Source: Octopus vulgaris (taxonomy: Eukaryota). Taken from it: a stretch of DNA of 64,000 nucleotides. The stretch is taken from positions 90,954,001 through 91,018,000 of the forward strand of contig OX597817.1 of assembly GCA_951406725.2 (NCBI GenBank). Reading direction: 5' to 3'. How positions within the stretch are numbered: position 1 is the first letter of the stretch; every line of letters starts with the position of its first letter. Below are positions 54,695 through 64,000 of this stretch, in pieces. The notes below the pieces were generated by a model. The model was given only the letters and a program-made list of their open reading frames with translations. It was not told where the DNA came from and searched no databases. A program made the translations under genes and the position numbers.

Positions 54695-57600
54695 TTTTTT
54701 TTTTCTTGTTTCAGCTCAGAGCTGTGGCCATGCTGATGCACCGCCGTTTTGTGCTACACTGTTATTATGAAGAGCCTCCTCTAATATGTGGCACTTGGTG
54801 AAGAATGGAGTTTGATATAGCTACTCTCATTTGCACCTCTTGCTGTGAGGTAGGTTCATCTGGGACTCTCGACAGGAAGATGTCCAGCTTTGATTTAAAA
54901 ACCTCTACATTTACTTTGTGCAAGTTCCTCAGACTCTTTGGGAGAATATTAAAAAGCTGTGGGCCCTTGAAACCCAGGCTGTTGCAGTAGCTGATTCTGA
55001 AATGTGATGGCATTGCTGGGATCTTTGGCACTATGCAGTGTCGTCCCGTTCTAGCATTTGGCACAATTTCTTCCAGGATCTTCCAGACATATATTACTGC
55101 ATACCTCTCCCATCTTCTCTCTAGGGAGTAGGGTCTTAGCTGTTTCAACCTTTCCCAGTAGCTGAGCTGTTGCAAAGAGACGATCTTCTTTGTGAATCTT
55201 CTCTGGATTGCTTCAAAGTTCGCTGTTAATTTTACACTGGTGGGTGACCATAGCTGTGAGCAGTAATCCAGGCAGCTGAGGATGAATGTCCACCAGAGGA
55301 CTATCATGGTTTCCTTATCTCTGGTTCTGAATGTTCTTAGGATCCATCCAGCCAGTCGTCTGCACTTTGTCGCCATCCTGGTAGTGCACTTGGAAAGAGG
55401 TATCATCACTCATGTCGATACCCAGGTCCCTCACAGACTTAGGCTCTGGGATTGAAATTCCCTGTGGACCGGTGTATCCTGTAAGTTTAATATTCAGTTT
55501 TGGAATATTTGTGTGTTCATAGAGGTGGCTCCATTAACCACTACTGCCTGATTCCTATCTTTCAGGAAGTCATGTAACCACACTCCAAATTTTCAAGCTA
55601 TGCCGAGGTCACGCAGTTTGTGGCATATCATACCATAATCCACCTTGTCAAAAGCATTTGCAAAATCAAGGTAGATTCCGTCCACATTTGATTTGTTGAG
55701 TAACTGCCTCATCACCTAGTCATAATGTTGTAAGAGCTGGGTCAGGCAGCTCCTACCTGGTCAAAAACCATGCTGGGTATCACTCAGCAAGTTATTTTCC
55801 TCAAGGAATGCGATTAGTTTCTTTCTGACTATCCATTCCATGACTTTGCTGATGTGTGAAGTCAGAGAGATAGGCCTATAGTTTTTGGCATCTGCTTTAC
55901 TTCCTCCTTTATGTATTGGGCAGTTTGCCATTTGTAAGAAAGCTCTGGAAGAGAATCTTGAGGGGTTTTGCCAGGGCATGCTTACACGCTTTGAGGAGGA
56001 TTGCTGGGAAACCATCTGGACCAGCAGTTGATTTTGTGTCCACTTCATCTATGGCTAGTAGGACATCTTCTTCGCTAATGTCAATGAATTTTATTGTAAC
56101 TGCCTCGCTGGTTATAGGTGAGGCGGCAAAGCAGTCCACTGGTTCGTTCACTTGTCTGTGTTCCAATGGGGTGGTAAAGACACTTTTGAACTGGTCATTC
56201 AGCATCTCACTGTCTGTGAGTTGGACTGTCTGTGAGGGAGCCATCCTTTTGGAGGAGGGGTCCTATCTTGTAGTGCACTGAGACTGTTTCTTTCGCGTAA
56301 TGAAAGAAGGCCTTTGTGTTTGATTTAATGTTTTTTATAACCCAGGCTTCTTTGTCTGCTTTCTCCCTCACATAGGATTGTTGCAGCCTTTTTTCGATCT
56401 CCATCAGTGTTGTTTTTAGGTGGGACGTTTCGCTACTTTTGGGATGTTGGTTGAGACGATTTGCAAACTTCGTCCATCGTCTCATGAGGATCTTCCTGTC
56501 TCTTGGAATCTTGCTCCTATTTGTTTTGGCCTTGTGCTCTGGGACATATTTCTGGCATACGGCTTGCACAGAAGACATGAAACATTCTAGTTTCATGTCA
56601 ATGTCTGGTGTGGAGAGACATTCTCTGAGGATCTCTTTTTGGATCGATTTCCAATCTGCTTTGTGGAAGTTCAGATTGGAGAGATTTTGGGTGCTTCCTT
56701 TAGGCTGTATGTCTCTGGTTACTTTCGGCCCAAACATAGACAGCTCTATTATGTTGTGATCCGAAACTAATGTCGGTGTCACTTTCACATCATGAAAGAT
56801 GTCCATATTGTTCGTGAAGCAGAGATCCAGAATGTTATTCGCCCTAGTTGGTTTAAGTACAACTTGCTCTATGAATAAGGCATTGGTGAGGTGGAGCAGG
56901 GACTCCACCTGTGCTTGCTTGCAATGAGTCATTCCTGAGAGTATGAGACCTTCGGGCCATTTGACGTTGGGGAAGTTGAAATCACCCATAAGAAATATGG
57001 TCACGTGGTGTTCCAGATTCATGAGGATTTCTTTAATTCTTGTGAGGCAATCTTCAAACTTGCCTGTGATTTGGAGCATCCGGTGGGCAATATGTATTGC
57101 ATATGACTATATTATGTTGTCTTATGTATACAATTAAAGTGTCACATACCAAATTTGAGTATGTCATTAAGACCTGGGATGTGTTCTCTATATCAGGGCT
57201 GAGGTGAGTTTCCACCAGTGCTATGCATAGGGCTTGATTGCATGCAGTAAGATCTCTCAGGAAAGAAATTTTGTTTCTATTTTGATGCAACAGGCCCCCA
57301 ATATTTAGTAAAAGTATTGGGGTGATGGCTGTGCAGGCGTTAGGGGAGGCCATCCCGTGTCTGTTGACTGTGGTGGTCTTGCATAGTGGTGGGCAGGGTT
57401 CCTTCTCTGTGCCGGGTGCAACCAGGTTAGCTGCTTGACAATCCTTTGCGCCATGCACAAAAAAGACTCTTGCTCAGCTGCTGCGTCGCACAGAATATCT
57501 GAGGAGCACACTTCTTTTCTGATTGTTTTCCTGGGAGACATTTCTTGTCTTCCCTCACTGTTATCCAGTGTTTTGATGTGTGGTCTTATAAGCATGTAAG

Positions 57601-57854
57601 ACCGGATAAATTCACCTTTTTTTCATTCTATTTGGTCAATGGTTCTATGAAATCCATTGTTCTTTTGCACGGCAGTGATGATGTTGTTCCGCGGATCGCC
57701 ACTAGCAATTGTCCATGCTCTTAGCAGAAGATTTAACTCTTTCTTTTCCCACTTTGGTGCCGTTTTCATTTTGAAGTCCAGAGGGGGAGTAGAGGCTTTT
57801 TGTTTTTTCACAGAGCAAAAGCAAATGCATCTTTCCTCTACGAAAACCGGAAGT
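54695..57854 (-). mobile_element. CR1-clade LINE retaining both ends, with internal deletions
   Basis: LLNIGGL, LVETHL, MGDFNFP, ILDLCF, SDHNII (APE endonuclease); AGPDGFP, NYRPISLTS, QHGF, LDFANAFDKV (RT); LDYCSQLWSP, YSLERR. 5' end starts ACTTCCGG. Confidence 0.92.
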
Positions 57855-57911
57855 ATATATATATGTGTATGTATATATATATATATATATATATGTATTT
57901 ATATATATGTA

Positions 57912-60545
57912 TGGAGCAGAGGAGTCTCCTTAGCCATGGTCAGGGCAACTTATTTAGGAGAAGGAAAGCTCTGATATAAAACCAGGTTTGTGGTTGCTGA
58001 TGGCTCCCTTAGCTGATGTGCCCTATGAGCATCTACTTACTCATAGAGCGGTTTGAGCTCTGTAGCTTTTGAGCAATCAGACTAGGGGAAGGCCTCTCTG
58101 ATCTCAAATCTGCGCTCAATTTCGCATCTATCACATGGTACACTGTACACCGGTGCAGGTAAATGCTTTTTTGATGGAGAGAGTGTGCATTGTGCTGCAC
58201 AAGCAATAACCACTATAAATAAAACCATGTGTAGGTAGGCCAGTGAAATGCTATCAGGAAATACACCATTTGATTACGACAGTGTACCCCACTACCTAAA
58301 AAACAGAAAAATCTTATGATGATGAAGGGATAGTGATGGGAACAGGTGAAGGATGTCACTGGAAGTTCTCAGCTTGAACTTTGCACATAGGTGGTGAAAG
58401 ATAGATGGCCACTTTACACAACATCTGTGGGTAATTGTGTAATTCATGTCCTTTCACAACAAAGCAGCTCTGTTTAGGATGACACTGCTTCCTGCTATGG
58501 AGTAAGGGTTAAGAAAATGCAATCTAAAAATTGTTTACTTGTATTGCTCCTTGTCATTAGATGCAAATGACTGGACACCCAAACCCGCACCAGAAAATTA
58601 AGTAATTTGAAAACAAAAAACCTTTTTATTGCATCTTGGAATGTCAGAACTTTTTAGGACAGCAAGAAAATATAGAATGTACGACCACTTTGGTTGCTCG
58701 TGTTTCAAAGGAAAAGAACATTGGAATAGCATCTCTTTCAGAAACCAGATTAGCAGACTGTATTCAGCTACAGAAAGTTGATAGTGGATACACTTTTTTC
58801 TGGAAGGGTAAACCTCAGAAAGTAAAGAAAGAGGCAGATATTGGGTTTGCTATTTGGAATGACCTGGTGAAGCAACTTGAATCTCTGCCTGTTGGCATTA
58901 GCAAAAGAATCATGTCATTGTGCATCTACAGTGGCAAAATAAATATGCAACTATTTTCAACTGCTATGCTCCAACCATGAACTCAGATGAAGTAGCCAAA
59001 GAGCAGTTCTACTCTGATCTATGTAACTAGTTGAGAGGTGTCCCCATCCATAATAAACGTCTCCTCCTTGGTGTTTTCAATGTACGTCTGGATGTTATAC
59101 ATCTATATGGGGTGAAGTAATAGGGAAGCATGGGGTTGGCAAGGCAAATTCAAACAGCCATCTGCTACTATCGGTTTGCAGTGAGTATGGACTTTTGATT
59201 ACTAATACTGTTTCCAACTTCTCAACCACTACAAAATTACCTGGAGGCATCCCTGATCAACCCATTATTACCTCATTGATTACATAATTGTGAGGTCTTC
59301 CATGAGGGAAGCTGTCCAAGTAACATGTTCTTTCTCCATTGGGGAGTGTTTGTCTGACCATAGACTGATATGATCAAAGGTGAATTTTACTATCCACAGT
59401 CCTATTCATAGCAATTGCACTCAACCAATTCGGAAAGTGAATGTGACTCAGCTTTGCTGAGGAACAATAACAATTTAACCTCATTTCAAGCAACCTGTGA
59501 CAAAAAACTTGCTAGCATCTCAGACAACATAGATATTGAATCAGTGTAGCCTGCTTTTAAAAATGCTCTATTTGAGTCATCTTGTGAAACACTTAGGTAT
59601 GTTAAGAGGAAGTAGCAAAATTGGTTTGACTCAAATGATCCAAACATCTCTCCTCTTTTGAACAATATGCACAAGTGCCACTGCCAATGGATATCAAATA
59701 GAAATGATGCCACAAAAAAATGATTTTTAAAAGGCCAGAAATACATGCCAGTCTCAACTGAGGCAAATGAAACAGATATGGTGGCAAAGGAAGGCACAGG
59801 AATTGCAAGTTGCCGTGGACAGATGTGACTCCAGGTCATTAGACCAGAATTTAAAGGATGTTTTTTGACCTGTGTTTGGTGGCTCAACTCCTGTACTTTC
59901 AGCTGAGGGTAATCTTCTGACAGATAAAAAGGAGATTATGAAGCACTGGGAAGAGCACTTTTCAGATGTTCTGAATATAGACTCAGTTGTTGATGAAGAA
60001 GAACTTGAAGTCTCAATTGTTGATGATGATCATCAACGTACCACAGAGGTCTGTCCTTAAAGAACTGTCAGTCGCTTCATCAAATGCTGAAATAAAAAAA
60101 GGCCATAAAACAGCTCATGAATGGAAAGTCATCTGGGAATGATGGCATCCCAGCTGAGATATATAATTGTGGTAGCAGTCTCCTGCTGAACAAGTTATGT
60201 AGACTCTTCTCTGTCAGCATGTGTATATAAGAATTTTTGTGTTATAAGATGAAAAACCAAGGCTGTGTAGATATTAGAGCATTTATAGATAAATGCTCTA
60301 ATATCTACACAGCCTTGGTTTTTCTATCTTATAATGCAAAAATTCTTATATACACACGCTGACAAAGGACCAACGTTGAAACCCTTATTCGCAAAATTAC
60401 CAAATCTGGAACTTAACTATGGTCTGTCTATAGCACTTATTCAGCATTACCTGACACCTTTGGGTCTCAATGACACCATTATCTCTTGTAAACTCTTCTC
60501 CTTAATCTGGAAATCAGGATCAGTCCCACAGGAGTTTACATCATT
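57912..60545 (+). mobile_element. Decayed RTE LINE 5' portion (UTR, endonuclease, start of RT)
   Basis: IASWNVRT, LSETRLA, GYTFFWKG, YAPT, HWEEHFSDVLN, GKSSGNDGIPAEIY, IWKSGSVPQEF. Confidence 0.85.
60212..60486 (+). mobile_element. 275-bp hairpin-headed insertion, probably Penelope-derived, with 14-bp TSD
   Basis: 75-bp near-perfect inverted arms (60212-60364, 2-nt loop). TGTAGACTCTTCTC / TGTAAACTCTTCTC flanks. LTPLGLN peptide. Confidence 0.7.
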
Positions 60546-60664
60546 TAAACAATCTCAGAGAAAGAAGCAGTTAATCCATTTTTATATACAGCAAAAATCC
60601 AGTAGCTTCAGGGAACTGGTGCTACTAATTTGCATGCTATAAATGTTTAACACTTCATTTAATA

Positions 60665-60875
60665 TTGGTTTCAAATTTTGGCACAAGGCCAGCAATTACA
60701 AAGAAGGGGGCAGGTCAATTGCATCAAGCCCAATTTTTGACTGGTACTTATTGACCCCGCAAAGATGAAAGGTAACGTGGACCTTGATGGAATTTGAACT
60801 CAGAACATTCAGACTGACTAAATGCCACTAAGCTTTTTGCCTGGTATGCTAATGTTTCCAATAGTTTGCCACCTT
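60665..60875 (-). mobile_element. SINE copy (family of 9290-9688)
   Basis: GCACAAGGCCAGCAATT..GATGAAAGG..GGAATTTGAACTCAGAAC. Confidence 0.75.
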
Positions 60876-62459
60876 AACACATTTTATTAAATATAAGCAA
60901 CCTGTCAGTGAGGGTTCCAGTTCACACAGTATCAAGATGTAATATAATTATGTAAACCTATATAGTAGACATATCGAATCTAATTAACTGTAGAAGAAAA
61001 ATTATTGACAGCCTTAATTGATTTTCAACCTTTATTGGGGTCATGCTCCTGTATCCAGTCTGTCCTTGATGTTCTCTCTCTCTCTCTTGCATTCTGTCAC
61101 TTATGATGATAAGTGTTCGCATTGATCTGATCAATGGAACAGCCTGCTCATGAAATTAATTTGCAAGTGGCTGAGCATTCTACAGACACATGTACCCTTA
61201 AAGTAGTTCTTAAGGAGATTCAGCATGGCACAAAATGTAACAAGGCTGTTCCTTTGAAATACAGATACTACACATTTTTGCCAGCTGAGTGAACTGGAGC
61301 AACATGAAAATAAAGTGTATTGTTCAAGGATACAATGTGCTGCTGGGAATCAAACTCATAGCCTTATGATTGAGATTCAAACCCTAACCACTAAGCCATG
61401 CATGCCTCACCTGTAATTCATCTGCCTTAAATTGAACCCTCCATCACTCTTCTGACTATGGCTCTATTCACTCAGCTGTTGTGATTATGAGAGCAGGATT
61501 GTGCATATTTCATACTCCAGCCACTTACCCTCCCTGGAATTGTTTTTTAGTCTCATACATTTTCAGTATTATTCCTTACCCCCTTATTTTCTACAAAACA
61601 CCCCTTTCGCTTCCACTTCTCCCATCTACACACTCACATTTTGTCAATACTAGCACCTCCATCAACTACCTGTGTTCATCTCCCACTATTCCTACCTCTA
61701 TGTACCTCTGACATTGTGCCTAGCACTGTGCATCTCTTTTGCATCCTGCTTCATCACACAAACTTTGCACCATCTGTGCTGCCACTTCTTTGAACCACTC
61801 CTATTTCCTCAACCGATATTCATAATTGACCATGTCTTCACTATTCACTGCATTTCCCTGCTATCTCCATCACTATCCATCTAAAACTCTTACATTCTTG
61901 TGAGCTTACTAACATACCCACTCCATTTATTCAATCTTCTGTACCATGTTCTTGTAACTTGAGGGTACATACATCCTGGCACATCTTCATCATTTTCTCC
62001 CTTCTCCAGCTTGGTTAGCCATATATCTCTTCTACTGCAAAAAAAGCACCTGTCCCTGCCCAGATATCATACTTTAAACTCCCAACACCTGGTATAAAGT
62101 CACCTCTTTCAATACTACATCCCTCACTAGAGAGATTCTTCCCTTGTGAGATACTTGGTAACCTCACTAGTGCCAGTATCATACCAAAAAGCACCCAGTA
62201 CACTCTGTAAAGTGGATGGTGTTTGGAAGGGCATCTAGCCATAGAAAGCGTACTAATGCAGATTTTGGAGTACAATACTGTACTCTGGCTCCTTGACTCC
62301 TTTCAACTATCCAACCTATACCAGCATAGAAAATGGATGTTAAATGGTGACAGTGATAGATAGATATATATACATACATGCATACATGCATACATAAGTA
62401 TGTATGAATGCGTGTATGTATGTATGTATGTATGTATGTATGTATGTATGTATGTATGT

Positions 62460-62726
62460 ATTCTTTTATTATTTTACTTGTTTCAGTCATTTGACTACAG
62501 CGATGCTGTAGCACTCCCTTGAAGGGTTTTAGTTGAACTAATCAACCCTAGGAGTTATCTTTAAGCCTAGTACTTATTCTATTATTCTCTTTTGCTGAAC
62601 TGCTAAGTTATAGGGATGTAAACACCAACACTGGTTGTCAAGCAGTAGTGGAGGGACAAACGCAGACACAGAGACACACATACATATATATTTATATGCA
62701 TGTATATATATATATGTGTATGTGTA

Positions 62727-62781
<55 letters not shown>

Positions 62782-62820
62782 ATATCTGTCTATCTATCTA
62801 TCTATATATATATATATGTA

Positions 62821-62859
<39 letters not shown>

Positions 62860-62925
62860 TCATATATACATACATATATATGTACGTATATATAGATACA
62901 TATATATATGTATGTAATATATGTA

Positions 62926-62959
<34 letters not shown>

Positions 62960-63026
62960 CACACACACATATGTATGTGTATGTATGTATATATATGTAT
63001 ATATGTATGTGTGTGTGTGTGTATAA

Positions 63027-63068
<42 letters not shown>

Positions 63069-63215
63069 GGACAACAGGCTTCTTTCACTTTCTATCTACC
63101 AAATCCACTCAAGGCTTGTGTCTGCCTGAGGCTATAGTAGAGGACAGTTGCTCAAGTGCCACACGGTGGAACTGGACCTGGAATGATGTGGTTGGGAAGC
63201 AAGCTTCTTATAACA
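62460..63215 (-). mobile_element. SINE copy (family of 29150) with a greatly expanded internal microsatellite
   Basis: Tail TTTTACTTGTTTCAGTCATTTGACT at about 62472 and head at about 63070-63215, separated by about 400 bp of (AT)/(ATCT)/(AG). Confidence 0.75.
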
Positions 63216-63450
63216 CAGATGGGCTGAGGTTCCCTACAGTTGTTTCAAAAGTGTACTTTATTGAAGAACAAATCAATTAGATTGTATAAAAAAAGTTTTC
63301 TCCAGATGAATTAAAAATTAAAATAAAATGCAGCATCTAGGATTTTTCACACAAAGAATATAAAATGTATATTGACTTTCTTATCCTAGTGTTAATTATA
63401 TATATGTCGCTACAGATATGCTGTTGGTAATTTTTTTTCCTTCTTTGAAC

Positions 63451-63484
63451 TTTTCTGATGAAGGGCTATGCTCGAAAGTCAAAA
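63451..63484 (+). ncRNA. Minimal hammerhead motif
   Basis: UUUU-CUGAUGA-A-GGGC-UAU-GCUC-GAAA-GUC-AAAA. It lacks the usual C of GAAAC. Confidence 0.5.
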
Positions 63485-64000
63485 TCTCTCTTTACACTGA
63501 GCATCAAACTAATACATTTCTTGTGCATATCCTCTTGTTGTCCCTTATTGTTAATTTTATTGTACCTTTATTTTAATTAACTATATATAAGTATATGTAT
63601 GTATGTACACTTTTGTTAAATACAGCAGATTTTACAGTTTTTCATTTAACAATTTCCACTCCTATGGCATTGGTCAAAGTGAGGCTACAATTAAAGGCAA
63701 TTGTCGAAACTACCATGCAGTGAGACTGAACCCTCAACCACGAAATTGTGAAGTAAACTTTTAAATGACATTGATATTTCTGCACCACACATTTACACAC
63801 ATACACTCACACTCATGCAAACATTTATGCATATGTATGTTTGTGTGTACTATATGTCTAGTTTGGTAGTTGCACATGACCAGATGTATATAGCTAATAC
63901 AGCAATATTGTGCAAATATATGCAGGTGTATGTGCATATACATTTATAAATGTCCATGTGTATATGTGTGTTTGTGTATATATATGTATGTGTGAGAGTG

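Overview
Eukaryotic, AT-rich, repeat-saturated DNA. The SINE/LINE repertoire and the (AT)n, (ATCT)n, (ACAT)n and (AG)n microsatellites point to an octopus (coleoid cephalopod) genome; this is recognition from memory, not a database result. Only one credible host exon is visible (349-560, minus strand), so most of the window is probably intron or upstream DNA. The rest is decayed or nested mobile DNA: RTE, CR1, Tx1/L1 and R4-like LINEs, a Gypsy relic, two solo LTRs, mariner, rosa-type Tc1/mariner, hAT elements, palindromic MITEs, many tRNA-derived SINEs and several Penelope-like element (PLE) fragments. Main observations: (1) about nine minimal type-I hammerhead ribozyme (HHR) motifs, three with intact cores and enlarged helix II, mostly in inverted-repeat PLE-like cassettes; (2) a SINE whose 3' tail matches the 3' end of the Tx1-like LINE in the same window; (3) a 1.1-kb inversion that splits a mariner and an RTE 3' UTR; (4) many long fold-back repeats. 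Coordinates were counted by hand and may be off by a few bases.
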